56,191 nt of DNA from Pelagibacteraceae bacterium (GTDB lineage: Bacteria > Pseudomonadota > Alphaproteobacteria > HIMB59 > GCA-002718135), in contig JAGFWP010000028.1 in NCBI GenBank assembly GCA_017639935.1, positions 1 through 56,191 of the forward strand, read 5' to 3'. The first letter of the stretch is position 1, and each line of letters opens with the position of its first letter. Below the pieces are notes generated by a model. That model did no database searches, was not told where the DNA came from, and saw nothing but the letters and a program-made list of their open reading frames with translations. Below, one piece after another: positions 10,026 to 20,671 of this stretch. A program made the position numbers and the translations under genes.

Positions 10026-10958
10026 GTGCAAATACATAATATTCAATTGAATTCACAAACCAGTGTTGCAAATATCAATTTAGCCATTGGCAATTTTGAT
10101 GGCGTGCATTTAGGTCATCAAAAAATTATTGATGAATTAATTGAATATTCCAAAATAAAAAATTGTTCATCAGCAATATTAAGTTTCAAACCTCATCCAA
10201 GACAATTTTTTTCTGATGAATGTCGTAATTTTCAATTAATTACTGAGGAAGAAAAGATTTGCTTGTTAGATAAACAAGGCATTGACCATTATTTTTCCCT
10301 GTTATTTGACGAGAATATAGCATCAATGTCGCCAAAAGATTTTATTACTAAAATACTTGTAGAAAAGTTACACTCTAAGCACTTAATTGTGGGTTATGAC
10401 TTCAAATTTGGAAAAGAAAGAAAAGGCAATGCAAGTTTATTGCAAGAACAGTCCAAGACCCTTGGATTTGATACAAATGTTATTCAACCCATTACATCAA
10501 ACTATAACGCTGCTGTTTATTCATCATCACGAATCAGAGAATTCATCAGGGACGGCAATATGGAAAAAGCTAATTCATTCCTCGGAAGAAATTGGTCAAT
10601 GAAAGGCACTGTGATCAAAGGTGATAGAAGGGCAACCGCAATGAATTTTCCTACAGCTAATTTAGTTCCTGGAGAATTAATTCATCCAAAAAAAGGAGTG
10701 TATGCCATAAGAGCTAGATGCATAAATAAATGGAGTAATGGTATTGCAAATTTTGGTGAAAGACCAACGGTTGATGGGAAGAGATTATTGCTAGAAGCTC
10801 ATTTATTCGAGTTTAATCAAGATATATACGGTAAAGAATTGACTGTTGAATTTCTCACGTTTATTAGAGAAGAAAAAAAATTTGATAATTTTGCTTTACT
10901 TACCGAACAAGTTCAAAAGGATATTCAGTTAGTTAAATCTTATCACTCCGAACATTAA
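10026..10958 (+). CDS. ribF: Bifunctional riboflavin kinase/FAD synthetase
   Basis: GNFDGVHLGHQ, VGYDFKFG, SSSRIR, FPTAN, GERPTV; upstream of ileS-lspA. Confidence 0.95.
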   Translation: MQIHNIQLNSQTSVANINLAIGNFDGVHLGHQKIIDELIEYSKIKNCSSAILSFKPHPRQFFSDECRNFQLITEEEKICLLDKQGIDHYFSLLFDENIASMSPKDFITKILVEKLHSKHLIVGYDFKFGKERKGNASLLQEQSKTLGFDTNVIQPITSNYNAAVYSSSRIREFIRDGNMEKANSFLGRNWSMKGTVIKGDRRATAMNFPTANLVPGELIHPKKGVYAIRARCINKWSNGIANFGERPTVDGKRLLLEAHLFEFNQDIYGKELTVEFLTFIREEKKFDNFALLTEQVQKDIQLVKSYHSEH

Positions 10959-13736
10959 ATGGAATACAAAGATACAATATTTTTACCTAAGACATCTTTT
11001 GAGATGAGGGCAAATCTTCCTCAAAAAGAGCCGAAAATATTGGAGGAATGGGATAAGCAAAAAATTTTTAAACAATTAAGAGAAAAATCAAAAGGTAGAG
11101 AAAAGTTTGTTCTGCATGATGGTCCGCCGTATGCCAATGGGCATATTCATATGGGGACAGCCCTTAATAAAATTTTAAAAGATGTTGTTGTAAGAACACA
11201 GCAAATGACTGGCAAGGACTCGATCTATGTTCCTGGCTGGGATTGTCACGGACTGCCCATTGAATGGAAAATTGAAGAAGAGTATAGAAAAAACGGACGC
11301 AATAAAGATGATGTTCCAATTGTTCAATTCAGACAAGAATGCCGCGAATTTGCTGAAAAGTGGATAGATATTCAAAAGAAAGAATTTCGGCGACTTGGCG
11401 TTGAAGGTGACTGGGACAATCCATACCTGACTATGTCAAATGAAGCGGAAGCACAGATTGTCAGAGAACTTGGAAAATTTCTGCTTGATGAAAGTTTGTA
11501 TAAAGGGGCTAGGCCAGTCCTATGGTCAGTGGTAGAAAAGACCGCACTAGCAGATGCGGAGGTTGAATATAAAGATCATACATCAAACACAATCTACGTA
11601 AAATTTAAGGTTACAAAAAGTAACATTGAAGAACTGGTTGATAATGATATTTTAATATGGACTACAACGCCTTGGACAATACCCGGCAACAGAGCTTTGG
11701 CGTATAGCGCAGATCTTGAGTATGTTTTAATTCAAATAATGGAAATCAATGATTCAAGTATTGCAAAAGTTGGTGATAAAATAATGATCGCTAAAGATTT
11801 GCAAGATAGTGCGATGAAAGAAATTGGCGTTACCAAAACTAAAGTTATAAAAAATTTTTTAGGCAAAGAATTAAAGGATACCGAATGCAAACATCCGTTC
11901 AATAGCATTGGATATGATTTTGCCGTTAAAGTGCTTGAAGCTGATTTTGTCACCCTTGAACAAGGGACCGGAGTGGTTCATGTAGCTCCAGGACATGGCG
12001 CTGATGATTATAATTTAGGTATAAAAAATAATATTGAAATTGTTCAAACCGTTACCGATGAAGGCATATTTAATGAGTATGCGAAAGGTTTTGTTGGCGA
12101 ACATGTTTATAAGGTTGATCTAAAAATTGCTGAAAAATTGAAAGAATTAGATAGACTGGTTTATTTAGGAAAATTACGTCATAGTTACCCTCACTCTTGG
12201 AGATCAAAGGCGCCATTAATTTTTAGAAACACACCGCAATGGTTTATTTCCATGGATAAACAAAATTTACGAAAAAAAGCATTAAAATCAATTGATGAAA
12301 CTGTCTTTTATCCGGCCCAAGGACAAACTAGACTGAGATCTATGATAGAGACAAGACCTGATTGGTGCGTCTCAAGACAAAGGGTATGGGGGGTTCCCTT
12401 ACCCATTTTTGTCAACAAGAAAGACGACAAACCTTTAAGAGATGTCAATGTCATTAACCGGATTGCTGATATTTATGAAAAGGAGGGAAGTGATACATGG
12501 TTTACAAGTGACCCTAAGCGCTTCTTAGGGGATCAATATAACATTGAGGATTATGATCAAGTCAAGGATGTTGTTGAAGTGTGGTTTGATAGTGGTTCAA
12601 CACACGCGTTTTGTCTGGAAAAAAGAGAAGATTTAAAATGGCCGGCATCAATGTATCTTGAAGGAAGCGATCAACACCGGGGATGGTTTCATTCCTCCTT
12701 GTTAGAATCTTCTGGAACAAGAGGAAGGGCGCCTTATGAAAGCGTACTCACGCACGGATTTGTTGTTGATGGCAAGGGAAGAAAAATGTCTAAATCTCTT
12801 GGCAACGCTATGGCTCCTGATGATATTTTAAATAAATACGGAGTTGATATTTTGCGACTTTGGGTTGTGGCCTCTGATTATTATGATGATCTGAAATTAG
12901 ATAACGCTATTTTACAAGCCCAAACAGATTCATACAGAAGAATAAGAAATACTTTACGTTATTTAATTGGAAATTTATACGAATTTAAAGAAAATGAAAA
13001 AATAGATGTTGCTGAATTTCCAGAATTAGAGCAATTTATATTGCATCGTTTATGGGAGATAGATCAGACTATTCAAAATTGCATCTCATCCTATAATTTT
13101 CATTTAATGTTTACTACTTTACTTAATTTTTGTTCAAATGATTTATCGTCATTTTATTTTGATATTCGAAAAGATGCTATTTACTGTGATAGTTTTAACT
13201 CAAAAAAAAGACGAGCGGCAAGAACACTATTAGACATACTTTTTAATTATATAGTTCGATGGTTAGCTCCTTTTTTAGTATTTACATGTGAAGAAGTATG
13301 GAAGTCGAAAGGAAATGACTCAAGCATTCATTTGGAAGAATTTTTTAAAACGAATATAAAATTTAAAAATGATGTAATTGCAAAAAAATGGAAACAAGTT
13401 AAAGATGTCAGAAAGGTGATTACTGGCGCGTTGGAAGTGAAACGAGCTGACAAGACAATTGGATCAAGTTTAGAATCACATGTAGATATTTATTTATCCA
13501 AGGAAATTAACTCAATAATTGAAAATATAGATATGGCAGAAATAGCCATTACGTCTTCTTCAAACATTATGATTGGTGACAATCATTCATCAGGATTTAA
13601 CCTTGATGATATTAAGGGTGTTGTTGTTGATGTAAAAAAAGCAAAAGGCATAAAATGTAAAAGATGTTGGAAATTCAACAGTGAAATAAATTCAAGTGAT
13701 ATTTGTAAACGTTGCTCTTCTGCTATTAATAAATAG
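10959..13736 (+). CDS. ileS: Isoleucine--tRNA ligase (type 1)
   Basis: HDGPPYANGHIHMGT, WTTTPWT, EGSDQHRGWF, KMSKS, C-terminal CxxC..CxxC zinc finger. Confidence 0.98.
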   Translation: MEYKDTIFLPKTSFEMRANLPQKEPKILEEWDKQKIFKQLREKSKGREKFVLHDGPPYANGHIHMGTALNKILKDVVVRTQQMTGKDSIYVPGWDCHGLPIEWKIEEEYRKNGRNKDDVPIVQFRQECREFAEKWIDIQKKEFRRLGVEGDWDNPYLTMSNEAEAQIVRELGKFLLDESLYKGARPVLWSVVEKTALADAEVEYKDHTSNTIYVKFKVTKSNIEELVDNDILIWTTTPWTIPGNRALAYSADLEYVLIQIMEINDSSIAKVGDKIMIAKDLQDSAMKEIGVTKTKVIKNFLGKELKDTECKHPFNSIGYDFAVKVLEADFVTLEQGTGVVHVAPGHGADDYNLGIKNNIEIVQTVTDEGIFNEYAKGFVGEHVYKVDLKIAEKLKELDRLVYLGKLRHSYPHSWRSKAPLIFRNTPQWFISMDKQNLRKKALKSIDETVFYPAQGQTRLRSMIETRPDWCVSRQRVWGVPLPIFVNKKDDKPLRDVNVINRIADIYEKEGSDTWFTSDPKRFLGDQYNIEDYDQVKDVVEVWFDSGSTHAFCLEKREDLKWPASMYLEGSDQHRGWFHSSLLESSGTRGRAPYESVLTHGFVVDGKGRKMSKSLGNAMAPDDILNKYGVDILRLWVVASDYYDDLKLDNAILQAQTDSYRRIRNTLRYLIGNLYEFKENEKIDVAEFPELEQFILHRLWEIDQTIQNCISSYNFHLMFTTLLNFCSNDLSSFYFDIRKDAIYCDSFNSKKRRAARTLLDILFNYIVRWLAPFLVFTCEEVWKSKGNDSSIHLEEFFKTNIKFKNDVIAKKWKQVKDVRKVITGALEVKRADKTIGSSLESHVDIYLSKEINSIIENIDMAEIAITSSSNIMIGDNHSSGFNLDDIKGVVVDVKKAKGIKCKRCWKFNSEINSSDICKRCSSAINK

Positions 13737-13744
13737 TTTGTTTT

Positions 13745-14203
13745 GTGAATAAATTTTTTTTTATAATTTTTTTAACTATCATTGATTTTACAACAAAAAA
13801 AATTGTATTTAATTATCTTGCTTTAAATTCTTTTATACCCATTATTTATTTTTTAGATATAGCGCACATTCATAATTACGGAATTTCATTTGGTCTTTTT
13901 TCAGGATTAATACCTTCATGGGCGATTATACTAATTGGTTCTGTGATTACAGTTTTTTTGATTTATATGATGATAAAAACGTCTAATAAAATAGAAGAAT
14001 GGGGCTTGGCAGTTATTATAGCAGGGGCGCTTTCAAATATTGCTGACAGAGGAATGAATAATTATGTCTTGGATTTTATATATCTGCATTATAAAGACTT
14101 TTACTGGCCTGCTTTCAATTTTGCTGATATTTACATAACTTTTGGAGTATTAATGATTCTTTATCAAGTATTAAAAGAATTTAAAAAAAAGTTTATAAAA
14201 TAA
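13745..14203 (+). CDS. lspA: Lipoprotein signal peptidase II
   Basis: NYGISFG, GALSNIADR, VLDF, PAFNFAD. Confidence 0.95.
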   Translation: MNKFFFIIFLTIIDFTTKKIVFNYLALNSFIPIIYFLDIAHIHNYGISFGLFSGLIPSWAIILIGSVITVFLIYMMIKTSNKIEEWGLAVIIAGALSNIADRGMNNYVLDFIYLHYKDFYWPAFNFADIYITFGVLMILYQVLKEFKKKFIK

Positions 14204-14748
14204 TGCTGCACAATAAAATATTTATTTTTATCATTATAATATTTGCTACTTTACTCAGTTCTTGCTCTAATATACGAGAAAGCGCCGGAGTGACAAGAAA
14301 ATCTATAGATGAGTACAAAGCAATAAAGAATCCACCATTAATTATTCCTCCTGATTTTAACCTTGTGGATCCAGATCAATTACAACAAAAAAACATTGAC
14401 GATGTTGAAAAAGAATTAGCTAAAGAAATTTTATTTGGCTTAGATGAAAAAGAACAAAATGCAGAGAAGCAACTTTCAACTATGAATGAAATATTATCAC
14501 AAGCAAATGCAACTGATGCTTCAAATGATATACGTAAAGAATTTGATCAGGAATTTGCTCAGGAAAAAAAGACAGATGGTGTTTTTCAGGTTGATTGGGA
14601 TAATGAAGACGAGGTGCTTGATGCCGTTAAGGAATCAGAAAGAATAAGAGAAAAGAATTTTAAAGGGGAGAATATTTCTAAGGGTGAAGTTCCAACAAAA
14701 ACTGAAAAAATTAAAGTTAAAAAGAAAAAACGTTTTTTCTTTTTTTAA
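14203..14748 (+). CDS. DUF3035-like lipoprotein
   Basis: Lipobox LLSSC, DEY..PPLIIPPDF motif; usual alphaproteobacterial position after lspA. Confidence 0.7.
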   Translation: MLHNKIFIFIIIIFATLLSSCSNIRESAGVTRKSIDEYKAIKNPPLIIPPDFNLVDPDQLQQKNIDDVEKELAKEILFGLDEKEQNAEKQLSTMNEILSQANATDASNDIRKEFDQEFAQEKKTDGVFQVDWDNEDEVLDAVKESERIREKNFKGENISKGEVPTKTEKIKVKKKKRFFFF

Positions 14749-14754
14749 ATTATT

Positions 14755-15987
14755 ATGAAAAATATTATTGTTAAGTACCACAATGTGGACGTTAAAATTG
14801 TTTTAACAAAAAAAGATATTGAAATTGTTGATAATATTCAAAATGAAATTTTGAAAATGCCCGCCTTAAATATTACTTATAATGATGAGTTCCTGAATCA
14901 AGCAATTATAAACGCTAATTATTTTTCTAAAAATAAAAATCATTTTATGATTTTTGGTACTGGTGGGTCAAATTTGGGCTCTAAAGCATTAATCAATATA
15001 CTGCAAGGTATGGAAAAAAATAGGATTTCGTTTTATGACAACATTGACCCAATTGGCTTTAAATATTCAATAGAAAAAATTGATTTAAAAAAAACTGGAT
15101 TCATTATAATTTCAAAGTCAGGAGAGACACCTGAAACTTTAAGTCAATTTGCATCCTTAATTCAATTTTTTGATCAAGAAAATCAATTAGAAATTTTTTT
15201 AAAAAACTGTCTTATCATTACTGAAAACAAAACTAGCTCGCTAAGAGAAATTTCTAATCAATATAAATGCACAATACTAGATCATGAGGTTGACATAGGA
15301 GGTAGGTTTTCAGTTTTTTCAAATGTTGGAATGATACCAGCTATTATTGCGGGTATTGATGCAAAAAAAATCCATAATGGTGTTAAGGATGTATTGATTA
15401 AAGTAAAAGAAGGTTCTTTTGATGAACATTTGAAACTAGCAATATTGTTAACCTCAAATATGAATACGAATCAAATTAAGAATAGTGTTTTAATGACTTA
15501 CTCTGATGCTTTGTTTTATTTTGGAAAATGGTATATGCAATTGTGGGCAGAAAGTGTTGGAAAAGATGGCAAAGGCATTACACCAATGCATGCTGTTGGA
15601 ACAACAGATCAGCACAGTCAATTACAATTATACCTGGGAGGACCAAAGGATAAGTTTTTTTCTTTTATTACAACAAATCATTCTAAGCTTGGTTTAAAAA
15701 TTCATGAAAAAACCTTGAAATCTCTTAAAAACTCTTCATATTTAGCGGGTAAATTTATGGGCGATCTGATGCAGGCAGAACAACAAGCAACAATGGATAC
15801 ATTTAATCAAAATGGCTTGGCATTTAGAGAAATCAACTTGCCTAAAATTGATGAATTTTCATTAGGTCAATTAATGACGCTGAGTATGCTCGAGACAGTA
15901 GCCACTTGTTACTTTCTAGGAGTTAATCCATTTGATCAACCAGCCGTTGAGCTAGGAAAAATTCTTACGAAAAAATATCTAAGTTAA
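14755..15987 (+). CDS. pgi: Glucose-6-phosphate isomerase
   Basis: GTGGSNLG, ISKSGETPET, GGRFSV, QLWAESVGK, DQHS, NPFDQPAVELGK. Confidence 0.92.
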   Translation: MKNIIVKYHNVDVKIVLTKKDIEIVDNIQNEILKMPALNITYNDEFLNQAIINANYFSKNKNHFMIFGTGGSNLGSKALINILQGMEKNRISFYDNIDPIGFKYSIEKIDLKKTGFIIISKSGETPETLSQFASLIQFFDQENQLEIFLKNCLIITENKTSSLREISNQYKCTILDHEVDIGGRFSVFSNVGMIPAIIAGIDAKKIHNGVKDVLIKVKEGSFDEHLKLAILLTSNMNTNQIKNSVLMTYSDALFYFGKWYMQLWAESVGKDGKGITPMHAVGTTDQHSQLQLYLGGPKDKFFSFITTNHSKLGLKIHEKTLKSLKNSSYLAGKFMGDLMQAEQQATMDTFNQNGLAFREINLPKIDEFSLGQLMTLSMLETVATCYFLGVNPFDQPAVELGKILTKKYLS

Positions 15988-16553
15988 TCAATTAAGCGTA
16001 AAAAGGTAATTTTTGTTTTACCATAATATCGCTCATCTATATTTTTCATTGAATAAGGAAAATTAATTTTTGTTTTTTTTTCAGATTCTATAATAATGAT
16101 AGTGTCTTTTAATATTAAATTTGCTTTTAACAAATTATGTAAGATGTTTTCGAATGGCGCTAAAGTATAGGGTGGATCAATGAATATGACTGAAAGAGGA
16201 TTGTCTATTTCTTCAAAAAACGACTTTGTTATGTCTTTTTTTATAATTTTATAATTATTATACTCACATATTTTAAGGCAATTACTTTCTAAGGTTTCAA
16301 TAACCTCTTTAGCAATTTCATAAAAATAACAATATTTTGCCCCTCTTGAAATTGCTTCTAATCCAAGCGAGCCGCTTCCAGCAAAAAGATCTAAAAAGTA
16401 TCCATCAGAATATATGTCGCTTTTATTTTTTAGATTCTTGCTTTCTACTATCGAAAATATCGCCTCTCGCTTTTTTGACGAAGTTGGTCTTACATTTATT
16501 ATTGGGACATCAAGTTTTGCTTTTTTTTTGGAACCAGCGATTATATTTAACAT
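15984..16553 (-). CDS. rsmD: 16S rRNA m2G966 methyltransferase
   Basis: RPT..REAIF, LDLFAGSGSLGLEAISRGA, DPPY. Confidence 0.92.
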   Translation of the reverse strand: MLNIIAGSKKKAKLDVPIINVRPTSSKKREAIFSIVESKNLKNKSDIYSDGYFLDLFAGSGSLGLEAISRGAKYCYFYEIAKEVIETLESNCLKICEYNNYKIIKKDITKSFFEEIDNPLSVIFIDPPYTLAPFENILHNLLKANLILKDTIIIIESEKKTKINFPYSMKNIDERYYGKTKITFLRLID

Positions 16554-17242
16554 AATTTAGAAGGAAGTTTTTTCACTTCTTGAATTTCCCCCATTTTTTG
16601 TTGGGATAATTTTATTGTACCATATTGAATTCTTATTAATTTAATAACGCTCCATTTAAAAAATTTACAAATATTTCTAATCTCTCTATTTTTACCTTCC
16701 TTTAGTTTGAAAATCACCCAGGTGTAAGGGTTTTGAAATTTTTCTATTTTAGCTGAGATTTTTTTATAATTAATTCCATATATCGATATATTTCTATTAA
16801 TTTGATTAATCATATTCGTTGTAATGTCCCCTTTCAAACACAGCCTGTAAACTCGAAGAACATTTGAACTTGGTAATTCGAGATTTCTGGCATAATCACC
16901 ATTATTTGTGAGTAAAAGCAAACCCTCACTCATAAAATCCAAACGGCCAATAGATATAACTCGTGGAAAATCATTTGGCAGAATGTCAAAAATAGTTTTT
17001 CTTTTTTGCGGGTCCTTATTGGTGCAAATTGTTCTGGGTGGTTTGTATATCTTCCACAATCTTATGTTGTTTTTAAGTTTAACTAATTTTTTTTCAATTA
17101 GTATTTTATCATTAGGGTTAACATTGACATTGGGTTTTTTACACAAGACATCATTAATATAAACCTTACCACTTAATATTAATTTTTCCGCGTCTCTTCT
17201 AGAACAGTATCCTGCATTTGAAATATATTTTGCAATTCTCAT
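16547..17242 (-). CDS. rluB: rRNA pseudouridine synthase (RsuA/RluB family)
   Basis: S4 domain (RIAKYISNAGYCSRRDAE), GRLD catalytic motif, EGKNREIR. Confidence 0.8.
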   Translation of the reverse strand: MRIAKYISNAGYCSRRDAEKLILSGKVYINDVLCKKPNVNVNPNDKILIEKKLVKLKNNIRLWKIYKPPRTICTNKDPQKRKTIFDILPNDFPRVISIGRLDFMSEGLLLLTNNGDYARNLELPSSNVLRVYRLCLKGDITTNMINQINRNISIYGINYKKISAKIEKFQNPYTWVIFKLKEGKNREIRNICKFFKWSVIKLIRIQYGTIKLSQQKMGEIQEVKKLPSKLC

Positions 17243-17955
17243 AATTTTTTTTGAGAAAATTCAATAAAGCTTGAGATTAATAATTCATCAGCCTTTGTAA
17301 TTAAAAATTCGGGATGCCATTGAACGCCAATGCACCAATCGTGTTCAGCACTTTCTATAGATTCAACGATGCCATCACTAGCCAATCCACTTATAATTAG
17401 ATTTTTTCCTAATTTGTTTACAGCTTGATGATGTGAACTATTAACTTGAATTTCTGAATCCTTAATTATTTCAAATAACTTTGTTTGCTTTTTTATTTCA
17501 ACACAATGACTTGTTTCATTACGAGGATTTGTTTGTTCATGATCCAATGAATTTTTATTATATTTTTTAATATCTTGAATTAATGTTCCTCCAAAACAAA
17601 TATTAAGTAATTGTTCACCTCCGCAAATTCCCAAAATAGGCAGATTTTTTTTTAGACTCAACTCACAAATCCTCATTTCAAAATTAGTCCTAACATTTTT
17701 TAATGATCGGGAATGATTATTGTTTTCACCATAGAGAGTTGGATCAATATCAAAGTTTCCACCTGTGATAATAATTCCATCAACCATTGAATGTATGTCA
17801 GGCAAGCTTGCTAAGGAATGAAAAAGAGGAAATGGAATTCCTCCAAATTTTTCAATGGAAAACAGATGGTTTTTTCTAATGGCATACCAGGGAAATGTTG
17901 AATATTGCCCCGACTCTTCACTATCAAGTGTAATTCCTATAATTGGTTTTTTCAT
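17239..17955 (-). CDS. Peptidase C26 / gamma-glutamyl-gamma-aminobutyrate hydrolase family glutamine amidotransferase
   Basis: TGGNFDIDP, PILGICGG, VNSSHHQAV, GVQWHPE. Confidence 0.88.
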   Translation of the reverse strand: MKKPIIGITLDSEESGQYSTFPWYAIRKNHLFSIEKFGGIPFPLFHSLASLPDIHSMVDGIIITGGNFDIDPTLYGENNNHSRSLKNVRTNFEMRICELSLKKNLPILGICGGEQLLNICFGGTLIQDIKKYNKNSLDHEQTNPRNETSHCVEIKKQTKLFEIIKDSEIQVNSSHHQAVNKLGKNLIISGLASDGIVESIESAEHDWCIGVQWHPEFLITKADELLISSFIEFSQKKL

Positions 17956-18001
17956 TGTAAAGTATTTTTATTATTATAATTTAACATCCATACTTGATAT
18001 T

Positions 18002-18454
18002 ATGAATATAAATTATTTTATGGATCTTGCTAAAAAAGAAGCAAAAAAAGCTTATTTGTTGAATGAAATTCCCGTTGGTGCTGTACTTGTTGATAATACA
18101 ACTAATTTGCTCATTTCATCAGCTCATAATGAGGTTATTAGGCAAAAAAATTCAATAAAACATGCTGAAATGATTCTTATTGAAAAAGCTTGTAAAATAA
18201 AACAGAATAAATATTTAATTGGTACTTCAATTTTTATTACATTAGAGCCATGTGCAATGTGCGCTGCTGCAATCAGTGAGGTTAGAATTAATAAGATATA
18301 TTTTGGGGCCTATGATGAAAAAAAAGGATCATTAGAAAGTATTATGAAAATTTATAATACGAAAAATTATTTTGTTCCCGAAGTTTATGGAGGAATTGAT
18401 GAAACTGAATGTTCAACAATGCTGAAAAAATTTTTTCAAAAAAAGAGAAAATAG
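18002..18454 (+). CDS. tadA: tRNA adenosine deaminase
   Basis: EIPVGA, HAE, LEPCAMC; start moved to ATG 18002 because the ORF-track start overlaps the divergent gene. Confidence 0.85.
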   Translation: MNINYFMDLAKKEAKKAYLLNEIPVGAVLVDNTTNLLISSAHNEVIRQKNSIKHAEMILIEKACKIKQNKYLIGTSIFITLEPCAMCAAAISEVRINKIYFGAYDEKKGSLESIMKIYNTKNYFVPEVYGGIDETECSTMLKKFFQKKRK

Positions 18455-19789
18455 TTGCAAAACAAAATTAATATTCCTGAATATTATGTTTCAGAATTTA
18501 ATAAATTATTCCGTGATGTGATAGAGTCCAATTTTAGTTATGTAAGAATTCGAGGAGAGATTTCAGAGATTAAGACAGCAACTAAAGGACAAATTTATTT
18601 GACGCTTAAAGATGATGATTCGATTATAAGCGGTGTAATATGGCGAAGTAAAAAAGAATACCTTCAATTTACACCTAAGCTCGGCATAGAAGTTATTGTG
18701 ACAGGAAAAATTACAACATGGTCCAGATATAAAACAACCTATCAAATTGATATTGATAAATTAGAAATAGCAGGAGAAGGCGCATTACTTAAATTAATTG
18801 AGGACAGAAAAATAAGATTACAAACACAAGGTTTGTTTGATAAAAAATATAAAAAAAACATTCCATATTTGCCTTCAAGGCTAGGAATTATTACCTCACC
18901 CACTGGCTCTGTGATTCACGATATAATTAATGGATTAAAAGACAGATTTCCAATTAATATAGATATATGGCCAGTAGCTGTGCAAGGATTAGAAGCCGCA
19001 ACATCAATTATTACTGCCTTAAAAGGTTTTAATAGTAGTTTATATATAGATCAACCAGAAGTGATAATAATTGCAAGAGGAGGGGGGAGTACAGAGGATT
19101 TAATGACATTTAATGATGAAGATTTAGCTAAGGCAGTTTTTAAATCAAACATCCCCATTATTTCTGCAATTGGGCATGAGACTGATACAACAATTATTGA
19201 TTATGTTAGCGATTTCCGAGTCGCGACACCAACTGCTGCAGCAGAATTTGTTGTTCCGATAAAAAAAGAATTGGAAGATATTATTGTAAATTTTTCTGAC
19301 CGACTAAATAAGTTGATTCAAAATAATTTTTCCTCAAAAAATGATCTATTATCTAACTTGACCAGACTTTTAAAAGCTCCAGATTACATATTAAAATCAT
19401 ATAAAGATAAATTTCAATCAATATTTGAAAGTTTGATGAGAGAAATCAAAACTATTAAAGAAAAAAAAATTCTTCTTTTAAATAATTTAAGCAGAATAAT
19501 AAAATCTCCTCAATATTTAGTAAAATTAAAAAATAATGAACTTCAAAAACTATATTTTAATTTGGAAAAAACGATAGATGATAAAAAAAATCATCAAAGA
19601 AAAATATTTAATGATTTACTGCGATTGCTTTATTCTAGTTCCATTGATAGCAATCTAAAAAAAGGATATGCTCTTCTCAGTAAATCAAAAAAAATAATCA
19701 AAAATTCTAAACAAATGAAAGAAAGAGACTCTATTGCAATTAAATTTTATGATAGAACAATTGACGTTAATATAAAAAAAATTAATTAA
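18455..19789 (+). CDS. xseA: Exodeoxyribonuclease VII large subunit
   Basis: RGEIS, YLTLKD, ARGGGSTEDL, SAIGHETD, TPTAAAE. Confidence 0.95.
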   Translation: MQNKINIPEYYVSEFNKLFRDVIESNFSYVRIRGEISEIKTATKGQIYLTLKDDDSIISGVIWRSKKEYLQFTPKLGIEVIVTGKITTWSRYKTTYQIDIDKLEIAGEGALLKLIEDRKIRLQTQGLFDKKYKKNIPYLPSRLGIITSPTGSVIHDIINGLKDRFPINIDIWPVAVQGLEAATSIITALKGFNSSLYIDQPEVIIIARGGGSTEDLMTFNDEDLAKAVFKSNIPIISAIGHETDTTIIDYVSDFRVATPTAAAEFVVPIKKELEDIIVNFSDRLNKLIQNNFSSKNDLLSNLTRLLKAPDYILKSYKDKFQSIFESLMREIKTIKEKKILLLNNLSRIIKSPQYLVKLKNNELQKLYFNLEKTIDDKKNHQRKIFNDLLRLLYSSSIDSNLKKGYALLSKSKKIIKNSKQMKERDSIAIKFYDRTIDVNIKKIN

Positions 19790-20663
19790 ATCTATTATGT
19801 TGCCAAAACCACTGTGATGGATTTTCTAAAATCCATTTCTCAATAATTTTATGTATAGATAACATTGCTTTTGTATCAGCTATATCTTTTTCAAAAGGTT
19901 TAATTGGAGGATAAAAAGAAATTGAAAAGTTATTGGTATTATGTCGGGTATTTTTAATTGGTATCAATTTTAGATTATACTTTCTTGCTATTTTTAAAAA
20001 TCCTGTTTGTGTTTTTGTTGGAATATCAAAAAATTTAATCGTATCTCCCGCAGTGTCTTTCTGATCAACAAGTAATATCATTGAAGAATTACTCTTTATT
20101 GCAGAAATAATTTCTTTTGCGCTTTCCTTTCCTTTGGGGGTGTAGAAACTTCTTTTTGTATTAATACTTTGATTTCTTTTTTTTAAAATCAGTTTATCAA
20201 TAAATTTATTATTTATGTGTCTATATATTGCGCCAACACTAATACCTAATTGATCAATTACAGGAACTAATAATTCCCAATTAGATTGGTGAATACTAAA
20301 AAATATTACCTGCTCGTTTTTTTCAATTACCGTTTTTAAATTTTCTAACCCGCATAGAGTGATTTTATGGTTTTTTTTATCTACTAATTTTTTTAATTTT
20401 GTTAATTCAAATATTGTTTTTCCTAAATTTCCCCAACTTTTTTTTGCTATTCTTTTAATCTCATCTTCTCTCGATCCGCTAAAAATGTTTTTTAAATTTA
20501 ATAATGTAATTTTATGTGATCGAGACAAGGGACCAAATAATTTGAACGCTGAATCACCCAATATTGAAACAAAATTCATAGGCAAAAGAGATAAGAAAAA
20601 AAACAAAAAAAGTACAATAGTATATTCAACAAACAATTTTATTTGTTTAATAATGTTTTTCAT
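19782..20663 (-). CDS. Lipid A late acyltransferase (HtrB/LpxL family)
   Basis: HQSNWE (HxxxxE), LVDQ, NPSQWFWQHNRF; in lipid A cluster. Confidence 0.88.
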   Translation of the reverse strand: MKNIIKQIKLFVEYTIVLFLFFFLSLLPMNFVSILGDSAFKLFGPLSRSHKITLLNLKNIFSGSREDEIKRIAKKSWGNLGKTIFELTKLKKLVDKKNHKITLCGLENLKTVIEKNEQVIFFSIHQSNWELLVPVIDQLGISVGAIYRHINNKFIDKLILKKRNQSINTKRSFYTPKGKESAKEIISAIKSNSSMILLVDQKDTAGDTIKFFDIPTKTQTGFLKIARKYNLKLIPIKNTRHNTNNFSISFYPPIKPFEKDIADTKAMLSIHKIIEKWILENPSQWFWQHNRFN

Positions 20664-20671
20664 TATTTAAT

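Noticed and set aside
17855-18001. Apparent N-terminal extension of TadA
   Set aside because: It overlaps the divergent peptidase C26 gene; ATG 18002 gives a normal-length protein.
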